A stretch of DNA of 29,604 nucleotides from Candidatus Thorarchaeota archaeon (GCA_048882485.1 JBHLRP010000038.1:1-29604); one strand, 5' to 3'; counted from the first letter of the stretch, positions 15,909-25,016 are shown. The notes: a model not told the origin generated them from the letters alone. Made by a program: numbers and translations.

Positions 15909-17833
15909 TCCGCAGCAAAGAAGGCGCCTATTTGTTCAGCCATGATGCTTGGGTTGTCGGGTATCACCTGTACCACTTCTGCCAGCCAAGATGGCAGAAA
16001 TCTCTTCAGATAGGGTGTTGCGAATCTTTGGTCTAGAAAGATAATTGCTCCCTTGTCATCAAGCCTTCTGACGGGCCTTCCTGCAGCCTGAATCGCTCTT
16101 GTCATTGCCGGAAGAACGTAGGCATATTCTCTCCCTTTTTTGTTGAAACGGGTATCGTAATACTGTATCAGAGACTCTGTGCTCGGTGCTGGTCTTGCAT
16201 AGGGCACTCCTACCACGATTGCACTTTCCATTGTTGGACCAGGAAAGTCACCGCCCTCAGAGTTCCGTCCACCTTGAACACCCAAGAGGACTGCACCTCC
16301 CTCCTCTCCCTTTTGCTTGAAGCTCTCAATCATCTTGTCGTTCTCTGTTCCCTTCATTCCTGGTTTTTCTTGAAACAACTTCACTTTCAGCCGTTTTTCA
16401 AGACCAGCATTCAACAGTGATTTACCAATGGAGTAGCTTGTTGTAAAGATAGCCGTGTTGCCTGGTGTTGCGTGGGCCACTGCTACGCAGTGATTAACCA
16501 TTCTCTTGAACATGTCATCATTTCGAGCCTGATAGGTGGTTTCCACATCCTCAACTATCAAACATACCCTATTGCGGGCTGCAAATGGACTGTGATATGC
16601 ACTTGTGATGGCATCCTTGCCGAATCCTAGCATTTCTGAATAGGCAGTCATTGGAGAAATGGTTCCTGATACAGCCACAGAGTTATGAACGCGATTCAAG
16701 ATTGGACTGGTCACAGAAGTCGGGTCTAAGGCGAGTAGTTCAAGAGACACTCTCCTCTCCCCTCTTCCCCGGTTTGAGGCCAATATGAATGTGTAATCAT
16801 CGCGCTCTATGCAGTTTATCCATCTCATCATGAAGTCTGCTACCCTGTGAATAAAGGAACGCGGGAACTTTCCAGCCTTAAGGAGTCCTCTGCGTATATT
16901 GATGCCCAAGTCCCTCATATGTACCAGAACATCTGTTTCAGGGTCCAATCCTGAGATTTGAAAGGCCTGATCGAATACTGCCTGCGGGTCAATTCCTTTC
17001 TCATCAGTTTCTGCCATGCCCACAATCTGGTCCAGAATCCATTTGGCGAGTCCTCGAGAGAACTCCTTTGATATGGAGTCATTGTATGTCGTGGCTTCTC
17101 GCATTGCCTGCCTAATTGCACCGACTGTGAGGGAGTCACTCGCTGAACTAAGAGCTGTAGAAGGAACATTATGCGCCTCATCTTGGACGAGGACCATCTT
17201 CGACAAGGGAGTTTCAAGCTCGGGCACGAATGTTTCCATAATCCATGGATCAAAGACATAGAGATATGATAGTGCTATCACATCAACGACTTTTGCCAGC
17301 TTCTTGGCAAGTTCATATGGACAGATAGACCTGCTTCTTCCTATCTTCACCATTTCCGGCGCTGTCAATACACGTTTTGGCATGTCTTCAAGCAAGTTCG
17401 CTGGTGACCCGGCTATCCTGAGATTCTCATAATAGATGCACCGTCGTGTTACCTTCAGCTGACCACAGACCTCACTTATCGGCGCCACAAAGTCTGCGTT
17501 CTCAAGGACGAAGTCGTTTATACACATATGACGCCGACCCCGAAAAGAAACTCCACTGACATCGTTCTTCTCAAGAATGACCTCGAGCTCCTCCACAACA
17601 CGGTCCAATTGCCTATGAGTTCGGGCACAATAGAGAATTTTGCCTTTGGTTTCTCTTATCCAAGGGAGAACTCCACTGAGTGTTGCGCAAGTCTTTCCAA
17701 ATCCATTTGGGGCCTCTGTGCATATATGCGTCCCCTCTCTCACAGCACTCTCAATACCTGCCATCATCTCTTCTTGACCGGCTCGAGCACTCGGATAAGG
17801 AAAGAAGTCATGGTATGAATGTTTCTCAGTCAT
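15902..17833 (-). CDS. xpd: XPD/Rad3/DinG-family Fe-S DNA helicase
   Basis: FFPY Q-motif region, APNGFGKT, four Fe-S cysteines (HMC, EVC, RRC, ICPYE), DEAH, SGT, SEGGDF, QAAGRPVR, DQRF. Confidence 0.9.
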   Translation of the reverse strand: MTEKHSYHDFFPYPSARAGQEEMMAGIESAVREGTHICTEAPNGFGKTCATLSGVLPWIRETKGKILYCARTHRQLDRVVEELEVILEKNDVSGVSFRGRRHMCINDFVLENADFVAPISEVCGQLKVTRRCIYYENLRIAGSPANLLEDMPKRVLTAPEMVKIGRSRSICPYELAKKLAKVVDVIALSYLYVFDPWIMETFVPELETPLSKMVLVQDEAHNVPSTALSSASDSLTVGAIRQAMREATTYNDSISKEFSRGLAKWILDQIVGMAETDEKGIDPQAVFDQAFQISGLDPETDVLVHMRDLGINIRRGLLKAGKFPRSFIHRVADFMMRWINCIERDDYTFILASNRGRGERRVSLELLALDPTSVTSPILNRVHNSVAVSGTISPMTAYSEMLGFGKDAITSAYHSPFAARNRVCLIVEDVETTYQARNDDMFKRMVNHCVAVAHATPGNTAIFTTSYSIGKSLLNAGLEKRLKVKLFQEKPGMKGTENDKMIESFKQKGEEGGAVLLGVQGGRNSEGGDFPGPTMESAIVVGVPYARPAPSTESLIQYYDTRFNKKGREYAYVLPAMTRAIQAAGRPVRRLDDKGAIIFLDQRFATPYLKRFLPSWLAEVVQVIPDNPSIMAEQIGAFFAADY

Positions 17834-17930
17834 AGAGTTCTCACTATTCTGGAAGTAGTACCATTGATAACGCTGTTGTTCTGCAACCAGCCGTTACTGC
17901 TTTATTACGGAACAGATGTTGAATAGCTAG

Positions 17931-18284
17931 GTGTCAAGGATGGAGTTCGATGACATCAGGCAGTTCGAGTCTGATACCAGCCAAGGCAAGATCATTTTTA
18001 GAATAATGGATTTTGAAAACGGGGCACTCGTCCTAATCTCTGATTCTGATAGGTTTCGACTTGGTCTGTCAGCAGTGGCTATACCGCCAGGCCAGGGCAG
18101 GTCGGAACCAACATCAACTGGATTATTTTCAGCTGGTCTGGATGCAGCCCTTGTCCGCACCCTTGCCGAGAGAGTGTCCGCATGGACCAATCAGTCATGC
18201 ATGGTTGTTGTGGCAGTAAGTGCACTGAATCAAGCAATTGTCATGGAACTGATGACCATTCTAAAGAACCATCTTCTGACTTGA
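17931..18284 (+). CDS. Proteasome assembly chaperone 4 (PAC4/PSMG4)-like protein
   Basis: Collinear with human PSMG4 as recalled: FRIMDFENGALVLIS / FHVMRLTDSLFLWVG, LGLSAVAI / LRNLAVAM, PTSTGL / PVSTSL, LAERVSAWTNQSCMV / LAQRLARKTNKQVFV. Confidence 0.65.
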   Translation: MSRMEFDDIRQFESDTSQGKIIFRIMDFENGALVLISDSDRFRLGLSAVAIPPGQGRSEPTSTGLFSAGLDAALVRTLAERVSAWTNQSCMVVVAVSALNQAIVMELMTILKNHLLT

Positions 18285-18483
18285 TGTGTTCTATGATCTC
18301 TCGAACCCATCTTCCGGCGCCATCAGTGGCATACACATGGTCAAGATAGGAGTCCCAGTCTATATCCATGGCATTTGCCCAGACGTCGTATTCTCTTTTG
18401 AGATTGTCAGCTGCAAGTTGATGATACTGACAGAAGCGATCTCTAACATCATTGGGCCGACCGCAAATCGAACACTCACTCAT
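18241..18483 (-). CDS. Small putative zinc-binding protein (CxxC...CxxH)
   Basis: MSECSICGR...RFCQYH followed by helices. Start overlaps the topA 3' end by 8 nt, with GGGAG upstream. Confidence 0.7.
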   Translation of the reverse strand: MSECSICGRPNDVRDRFCQYHQLAADNLKREYDVWANAMDIDWDSYLDHVYATDGAGRWVREIIEHIKSEDGSLEWSSVP

Positions 18484-20602
18484 CAGATGCTCCCTCTCTC
18501 TTTTTGGCTGCCTTCTCTCGACGTTTCTCGAGTTCCTTCAGATCATCCTGTCGTCCAGGACATTCTGTCCAGTTCACACAGGTCTCCCAGGGACGTCGTC
18601 CTGAAATCTTGATCATATGATGTCCGCAGTATGGACAATCCTTGTTCAGCGGCAAAATAGACCCCTTCTGCGGCAGCGGGAATGTCTGATCGCATCCTCC
18701 ATCCTTGTATTGAGTACATCCTACGAACCTTTTCCCAGTTCGTGGGGATCGAATAATGACAAGCTTGCCCACACCGCATTTGGGGCAGAGCCCTATCTCC
18801 TCGCTTTCTTTCCAATAGCGTTGCAGCCCGTTGACGAGTGTCTTCCCGATGCTCTCTTCCTGTAACTGGAACACCCCAAGCAGCTCCTGCAGGTCCTCTC
18901 GTGCATGTGATAACACCCTTTCTCGGTCAAGACGTTCCTCTAGAATGCCTTGCATCTCCTCCTCCAATTGCCTTGTGAACTCTGCAGACAGTATCTTTGG
19001 GACATACTGGCTAAGGGTTTCATGTAAAGCGTATCCAAGTGTGGACAGTTCGAACTTGTCCCCAAGTGTATATCCCCGTGACCTCACCGAATCAACAATG
19101 GAAGACCTTGTTGCCTTTGTCCCAAGGTTTTCTTTCTCAAGTATCTTGAGTAGACTTGAGGGATTGAAGCGTGGAGGTGGTGATGTGAATCGCCCGCCCT
19201 CTCTGACAGACTCAAGGTGTATCGTGTCCCCCTCAGCTATGGCCGGCAAAATCCTTTCGTTGAGTTTGACATATGGCTCATAATAATCCATCCATCCTCT
19301 TCTGAGAATCTTGAGCCCTCTTGCATAGAGAAGATGTCCTTTGCACGAGATGTCCGCTCTAATGCTCTCTTTTATTGCATTCTCACCAAATAGAGCAAAG
19401 AACCGGCGGACAATGAGGTCGTACACTTTGGTTTCGCTTGGTGTCAATCTCTTTGCTGGTTTGTCTCCTGTCGGATGAATGGCCGGATGCGCTGGATCGT
19501 CCTTCTTTCCTTGAACTGGGGTGAGATTTCCAGCAGCGATGACCTGTTTTGCAGGCCCCGCATATTTCTTGTGCTTGCTTAGATTGCCAAGTATCTCTTT
19601 CACATTGATACTGGAAGGTATCTTCTGACTACCAGTTCTTGGATACGAAATGAGAGCTTCAAGGTACAATTTCTGAGCGATTGCAAGTGTCCTACTTGGT
19701 TTGAATCCGAAGTGCCTATAGCTCTCAGATTGCAGGCCAGACAAGTTGAAGGGGACTGGAGGCATCTGAGTGTTCTTCTTGCTATTGACACAATCAACAA
19801 TGCCAGATTCTCCCTTCAAGTCATCCATAATTTCAAGCGCTTCATTCTTCACTGCAATCCGTTTCTTCGAGTATTCAAGTTCCAACTCGTGCCCATTGTG
19901 CATGCCTAGTGTCAGAATAGTCCAATACGGTGTGGGCACGAAGGTATTGATGGATTGATCACGTTCGGCAACAAGAGCAAGTGTAGGACCCTGCACTCTT
20001 CCCGTTGAAACTATCTTGAACCAGCCTGAGGCCTCTTTTATTGCCAAGGTAAGCGCTCTGGTCAGATTGATTCCATACAACCAATCCACTTCATGTCTGG
20101 TAGCTCCGGCTTCTATCATGGGGAAGTTCAGAGTATCTGACATGTTATCATAGGCTCTCTCAAGCTCAGCCTTGGTCAGAGTCGAGAATATCATTCTCTT
20201 AGCTTTGCCAGCATCTGCTCTGCATGCATAGACTAGGGTAAGGTATCCGATGAGGCTTCCCTCAATGTCTAGGTCTGTAGCAATGACATACTGGTCTATA
20301 TCCTTAGACAGGGTCTTAATCAGACGAATTATCGGTTTGATTCCAGTCGCCTTTTTATCGACCTCATACCTTGGTACCCACTCTGCTGACAGTCTGGGAT
20401 ATTTCCAGCCTTTCTCAGTCTGCCGGAGCTCAAACAGGTGACCAAGAGCATAAACAACAACTAAGTTGTCTCCATTTCTGTGGCACTCAAAATAGGAGGC
20501 TCCTCGCTTCTTTACCTCGTCGGGCGCCTCTCTCTCATCCAGTGCTTGAGCTATCCGTTTCGCAGCGGTTGGCTTCTCGGAGATTATCAGAACCCTTGAC
20601 AG
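18476..20602 (-). CDS. topA: DNA topoisomerase I (type IA)
   Basis: TOPRIM IISEKP / GHL / ATDLDIEG, STGRVQGP, catalytic Tyr in LISYPRT, AHPAIHPT, LGTKATR, two C-terminal zinc ribbons. Start uncertain (CTG 20602, GTG 20644, or ORF-track 20710). Confidence 0.95.
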   Translation of the reverse strand: MSRVLIISEKPTAAKRIAQALDEREAPDEVKKRGASYFECHRNGDNLVVVYALGHLFELRQTEKGWKYPRLSAEWVPRYEVDKKATGIKPIIRLIKTLSKDIDQYVIATDLDIEGSLIGYLTLVYACRADAGKAKRMIFSTLTKAELERAYDNMSDTLNFPMIEAGATRHEVDWLYGINLTRALTLAIKEASGWFKIVSTGRVQGPTLALVAERDQSINTFVPTPYWTILTLGMHNGHELELEYSKKRIAVKNEALEIMDDLKGESGIVDCVNSKKNTQMPPVPFNLSGLQSESYRHFGFKPSRTLAIAQKLYLEALISYPRTGSQKIPSSINVKEILGNLSKHKKYAGPAKQVIAAGNLTPVQGKKDDPAHPAIHPTGDKPAKRLTPSETKVYDLIVRRFFALFGENAIKESIRADISCKGHLLYARGLKILRRGWMDYYEPYVKLNERILPAIAEGDTIHLESVREGGRFTSPPPRFNPSSLLKILEKENLGTKATRSSIVDSVRSRGYTLGDKFELSTLGYALHETLSQYVPKILSAEFTRQLEEEMQGILEERLDRERVLSHAREDLQELLGVFQLQEESIGKTLVNGLQRYWKESEEIGLCPKCGVGKLVIIRSPRTGKRFVGCTQYKDGGCDQTFPLPQKGSILPLNKDCPYCGHHMIKISGRRPWETCVNWTECPGRQDDLKELEKRREKAAKKREGASDE

Positions 20603-20694
20603 TTGTTTCGCCTCACATTGGAATGGTACAGATTTCCATCCCACGATAGTCTTAAAAGCAGACTGCCAAACGAAACCGCTCAAGGTGTGCTGAC

Positions 20695-21114
20695 TTGCCC
20701 TGGTGGCCAAGATTTATCATTAAACCCAGAGTACGACTCACAAGACCAAGGTTTGGGATGCCCCAAAGGCCCCCGGACATTGTTGTGTTTGGACTTGTTT
20801 TCATAGCTATTCTGTTCATACTAGGTGGTAACATATACACTTTGATTAGAACGCCACCGGCCATTGCTGGTAACCCCTCAGGAGGAGGTGCACCTATTCT
20901 CATTGCACCAGGGATTGACGTTCAGCTTGGGATGGAAGGAATAGTGGCATCGGTCGTGGTTATGATTGGAGTCATTGGCCTTGGTCTCATGTATTATTCC
21001 TCAAAGTACGTATTTCAGCCTGGCTATGCCACACGGCTCCTCGTGTTGGGAATGATTCTCGCTGGAGTGGCTTTCCTAGTCTTTAGCTATATGTTTGCAA
21101 TCAAGACAACATGA
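20695..21114 (+). CDS. OSTC/DC2-like oligosaccharyltransferase subunit (OST3/OST6 family TM region)
   Basis: Three TM helices. PRVRLTRP, GGNIYTLIRTPP and QLGMEG align with recalled human OSTC PNLKLKKP, GGIIYDVIVEPP and QYIMEG. No thioredoxin domain. Confidence 0.8.
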   Translation: MPWWPRFIIKPRVRLTRPRFGMPQRPPDIVVFGLVFIAILFILGGNIYTLIRTPPAIAGNPSGGGAPILIAPGIDVQLGMEGIVASVVVMIGVIGLGLMYYSSKYVFQPGYATRLLVLGMILAGVAFLVFSYMFAIKTT

Positions 21115-21134
21115 CGAATGGGCCTGCATTCCAC

Positions 21135-21857
21135 CTAGTCCAATAAAATGATGTCGAGATTGATATGAGACTTCAAATCTGAGATAAGCTCGCGCGCTAT
21201 CGCCAGTTTCTCTCTCTTTCTTTCATCTGCCACGAAATTGGATCTATGTCCTGGTTTGGACCACCTCCCGACCATGGCACCAAAGTCCATTCCAGCCAGA
21301 AACACACATGCTGGATTATAATGGGAAACAAGATAGCATGCTCTGTCCCCGTCTGTGAACCCTCCCCAGAGAAAGACATGTTCAGTAGGTTCAACTTGTG
21401 TGCTTCCGAGTACGGCGTCTAGTGCTGGAACAAACTCCGAAACTTTGTCCATGTTGTCTCCATGCGCATGCACTATTGGTATTGCTCCCCTCCGGATAAC
21501 CTCTCTCAGCGCATCAGGGTCACCGTCCAGATCTGTCACGAGTATATCACATTTGTAATCGAACTCGAGCAAAGCGGAAGCTGCACCATCGGAAGCCACA
21601 TAGACCACATTGGTAAGCCCTTTCGACGGGATTGTTGTTTTGAGATGCTGCTCCAATGAAGGTCCTGCACCACATATTACGACGCTCTTGTTTTCGATAA
21701 TCTCCTCAAGTTTCCTAAGGACTGGGCTCTGTGCGTGGTCTTTGAGAAGTGAGTCCAAGAGTAATGTGGCATTACGGTCTGCTTGAGGGTCAAGTGCTAG
21801 TCTTTCGACGATTCGATTGTAATGGGGTTCCCAGTCCTTCCATTCCACTCGAATCAC
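21135..21857 (-). CDS. mptE: 6-hydroxymethyl-7,8-dihydropterin pyrophosphokinase MptE (DUF115)
   Basis: GAGPSL, ASDGA, VTDLDG, VHAHGDN, GGFTDGDRA, LAGMDF. 4-nt overlap with folP. Confidence 0.88.
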   Translation of the reverse strand: MIRVEWKDWEPHYNRIVERLALDPQADRNATLLLDSLLKDHAQSPVLRKLEEIIENKSVVICGAGPSLEQHLKTTIPSKGLTNVVYVASDGAASALLEFDYKCDILVTDLDGDPDALREVIRRGAIPIVHAHGDNMDKVSEFVPALDAVLGSTQVEPTEHVFLWGGFTDGDRACYLVSHYNPACVFLAGMDFGAMVGRWSKPGHRSNFVADERKREKLAIARELISDLKSHINLDIILLD

Positions 21858-23068
21858 CCTAGCTTCTTCTCCCGTTTTTCTATCAGACTTCTTATAGCCC
21901 TACCAACTTTGCGTAATCCAAAGTAATCCATCCGAAGTAGTTTGCCAGTGAGTCTTTCAAGCTGGAGCGGTGTAGCCATTACCAAGACATCCGTCCTTTC
22001 TACCCCAGAGTCAATCACATCTCTATGATAAGCTGCATCTCCGCCTAGCGCGAGTATTTCTTGCTTGATAATCAGAGCAGCTGGAGTTTTAATGTTCTGG
22101 AGAAGCAGGCTAAGAGTCACAGCTTTTCTAGAGAGGGCTCGTCTGATATCGGCTCCAGTGCCAATCTGTTCAATGACTATTTCAGCTGTTCTCTCATCAA
22201 TAATCCCTAGAAGGTCAATATCGTGTTCAGTTTCTCTTGTCCAATTCCTAAGTTTCTCTCCCACAGAAGCAGCCTGTCTAGCTTCCATGATGTCGTGCGT
22301 TCTGATAATACTTGCACCTCTAGCTACTACAATCGATGTCACTCCAATGGTTCCTGTTAGCCGGTCGTTTGGATTTGTCTGCGCAAGCAGATCTCCAATG
22401 AAAGCTTTTCTTGAAACTCCGACCAGAACAGGATGTCCCCACATAGTAAATCGTTTCAGATGTCGAATCAGTTCGAAGTCGGCTTCGCGAGGTTTCCCAA
22501 ATCCAATGCCAGGATCTACGATGATTCGTTCATTTGCAATGCCTGCGGCGTGAGCTAATTCCAGGCTCTCACTAAGCGCATTTAATGACTGTTGAATGAT
22601 AGCACAGGGCTTCTCACATAGTGACATCAATACCACTGGAATATCTCTCTCTGCAACGACTTTGGCCATCTTCGAATCTGCTCGAAGACCTGATATATCA
22701 TTGACAAGTGCTGCACCAGAATCAAGAGCAAACTCGGCTATTTTGGATGAAGTAGTGTCAATTGATACAGGAACGCTAGCACTATCCAGAATGATATCAA
22801 GGCCATCTTTCACTCTCTGCAATTCATCCTTTTCAGACACTTTCTGAGTGCCATAGACACTCTCAGGCGCAGTGGACGCTCCACCAACATCAATTATGTC
22901 CACACCATCGTTTTCCATCCGCTTGACCGCTTTGTGGATTTGCTCCTTCGAAGTCACAACAGAGCGAGAGTAGAAGGACTCTGGAGAGAGGTTTATGACC
23001 CCCATTATACGAGATGGAGAGTTGACTCCTACCTCAACTTGATCAATTTTGACTATATGGGGAGTCAC
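21854..23068 (-). CDS. folP: Dihydropteroate synthase with C-terminal accessory domain
   Basis: MGVINLSPESF, DVGGASTAP, SIDT, NDISG, DPGIGFGK, GVSRKAF, IRTHD. Likely GTG start at 23068 after GAGGT (ORF track 23125). Confidence 0.9.
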   Translation of the reverse strand: MTPHIVKIDQVEVGVNSPSRIMGVINLSPESFYSRSVVTSKEQIHKAVKRMENDGVDIIDVGGASTAPESVYGTQKVSEKDELQRVKDGLDIILDSASVPVSIDTTSSKIAEFALDSGAALVNDISGLRADSKMAKVVAERDIPVVLMSLCEKPCAIIQQSLNALSESLELAHAAGIANERIIVDPGIGFGKPREADFELIRHLKRFTMWGHPVLVGVSRKAFIGDLLAQTNPNDRLTGTIGVTSIVVARGASIIRTHDIMEARQAASVGEKLRNWTRETEHDIDLLGIIDERTAEIVIEQIGTGADIRRALSRKAVTLSLLLQNIKTPAALIIKQEILALGGDAAYHRDVIDSGVERTDVLVMATPLQLERLTGKLLRMDYFGLRKVGRAIRSLIEKREKKLG

Positions 23069-23208
23069 TTGAAGGACCTCAGTCGGTGGTATAGGTGAAC
23101 GCAATAAAGGGTAACGGAATCTCAATTGGAATCCTTTTGCCAGTCATAACGATGCTATTATAGTAAGGAAATAAGGGGAGAACTGTGTACCATCAAAGTC
23201 TTAACATG

Positions 23209-23238
23209 TTTATAATCCACTCAGTCCACCCCTGGTGA
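23209..23238 (+). promoter_or_regulatory. TATA box and Shine-Dalgarno of gcvT
   Basis: TTTATAA at 23209-23215 and GGTGA at 23234-23238, ahead of ATG 23245. Confidence 0.55.
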
Positions 23239-23244
23239 TATTAG

Positions 23245-24390
23245 ATGAATGCACCGCTCAAGCAAACTCAACTCTACGATTGGCACAAGAGCCACGGCGA
23301 TATAGTCTCTTTCTCAGGATGGGAGATGCCAGTCCGTTATACAGACATTCGCGAAGAGCATATGGCAGTGAGAGATAGTGTGGGCATCTTCGATACATCA
23401 CATATGTTTCGTTTCTTCATAAAGGGTCCACAGGCTCTCGAGTTTCTTCAAACCATGACTTCGAATAATGTTCGCAAGCTAGAGGTGAATGGTGGTCAAT
23501 ATACCACATGTCTGAATGAGCAAGGCGGTATTCATGATGACCTCATGCTCTACCATGTTGACGAACAAGAGTACATCTGGGTCACTAATGCAGCCAATGG
23601 GCCCAAAATCAGCGCTCATCTCAATAAGCACTCCAAGGACTTCAACGTCGAGATAGAGGACCGTACAGACGAGATTACTATGATTGCAGTCCAGGGTCCG
23701 AAGGCTATGGCATTGCTAAGCAAGATTGCTGGACGAGATCTGAGCGAATATGGAAGGTTCACAAGCAACCTTGTCGAACTCTCCGGATACAGAGTCCACC
23801 TGTGTCGCACGGGGTATACTGGAGAGGATGGCGCAGAGCTTCTGGTGCTTGATACTCCATGCAGCGATGAGGGAAAGAAAAAGGCTGTTAAATTCTGGGA
23901 ACTCCTGCTTGAACAAGGTCAGGAGTTTGAAGTCAAACCCTGCGGTCTTGGAGCTCGTGACTCAACACGATTAGAGGCTGGCTTGGTTCTATATGGAAAT
24001 GAGATTGACGAGGAAACATCCCCGTTAGAGGCCAAGATTCCTTATGCAGTCAAGTTCAAAGTAGACCCTCACTATATTGGCTATGATGAGCTCAAGCGAC
24101 AGAAGGAAGAGGGGGTTGTAAAAACCCGAATAGGGTTGGTCATGATTGACCGTGGCGTGCCACGAAAGGACTACGATGTTCTACTTGAGGGTGGTTCAAT
24201 CGGGAAGGTTTCTAGCGGAGTAATGTCCCCTCTTCTCCGGAATGGAATCGGCTTGGCATATGTAAAGCCAAGCGTCGTGGAGGAGGATGACGTCGTTGAA
24301 ATCGACATCAAGGGAAGACTAAGAAAAGCCAGAGTGACAAAGTGGCCCTTCTATGATCCAGAGAAATACGGTTCAACCCGATCCTCTTGA
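23245..24390 (+). CDS. gcvT: Glycine cleavage system aminomethyltransferase T
   Basis: FSGWEMPVRY, EEHMAVR, FDTSHM, AVQGP, RTGYTGEDG.E, GLGARDSTRLEAG..LYG. Confidence 0.96.
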   Translation: MNAPLKQTQLYDWHKSHGDIVSFSGWEMPVRYTDIREEHMAVRDSVGIFDTSHMFRFFIKGPQALEFLQTMTSNNVRKLEVNGGQYTTCLNEQGGIHDDLMLYHVDEQEYIWVTNAANGPKISAHLNKHSKDFNVEIEDRTDEITMIAVQGPKAMALLSKIAGRDLSEYGRFTSNLVELSGYRVHLCRTGYTGEDGAELLVLDTPCSDEGKKKAVKFWELLLEQGQEFEVKPCGLGARDSTRLEAGLVLYGNEIDEETSPLEAKIPYAVKFKVDPHYIGYDELKRQKEEGVVKTRIGLVMIDRGVPRKDYDVLLEGGSIGKVSSGVMSPLLRNGIGLAYVKPSVVEEDDVVEIDIKGRLRKARVTKWPFYDPEKYGSTRSS

Positions 24391-24446
24391 CTGGCCGTTT
24401 GATTTAAAGGTAGCATGCATACTCCGGGAAACAACGGTGGACCGTC

Positions 24447-24848
24447 ATGACTGAAGGAACCAGTGTCCCTGATGACTTGAAATACAGTAAGGATCATGAA
24501 TGGGTCAAGGTCGAGGGCGATCTTGCAATTGTGGGCATAACAGACTACGCTCAGCACTCGCTTCATGAAATCACATTTGTGGAGCTTCCAGAAGTGGGTT
24601 CCAGTGTTGAAGCAGATTCCGAATGTGGTCTCGTTGAGTCCATGAAGGCTTCTTCTGACATATTCTCACCCCTCTCCGGAGAGATTGTTGAGGTCAACTC
24701 CAACCTCGAAGACGCTCCTGAGCTGGTAAACGAGGAGCCTTATGGTAAAGGGTGGATGTTCAAGATCAAGCCATCCAATCTTGAGGCCGATATGGACGCT
24801 CTTATGGATGCCAAGACCTATAGCGAGTTCATAGCATCCGCTGAATGA
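24447..24848 (+). CDS. gcvH: Glycine cleavage system H protein
   Basis: YSKDHEWV, GITDYAQ, lipoyl-lysine motif VESMKA, VNEEPYGKGW. Confidence 0.96.
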   Translation: MTEGTSVPDDLKYSKDHEWVKVEGDLAIVGITDYAQHSLHEITFVELPEVGSSVEADSECGLVESMKASSDIFSPLSGEIVEVNSNLEDAPELVNEEPYGKGWMFKIKPSNLEADMDALMDAKTYSEFIASAE

Positions 24849-25016
24849 CATTCCTGCTCTGCTCCGGGGCCCTCATTTCCATAGAAGTGCCGCCGTCTGA
24901 GGACGTTAATTATCGTTTCAAAACTAGCTGTACAGTAGTAATACTAACAGCAACCTTTTTAGCACAACCAGAATCTGCTCGGATGACTTCGAGTCAGTAC
25001 GGAGAGAGCGCTCCAT

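Noticed and set aside
24842-24900. Possible C/D box sRNA (TGAATGA...CTGA, about 58 nt)
   Set aside because: Box C does not match RTGATGA and overlaps the gcvH stop, and there are no internal D'/C' boxes.
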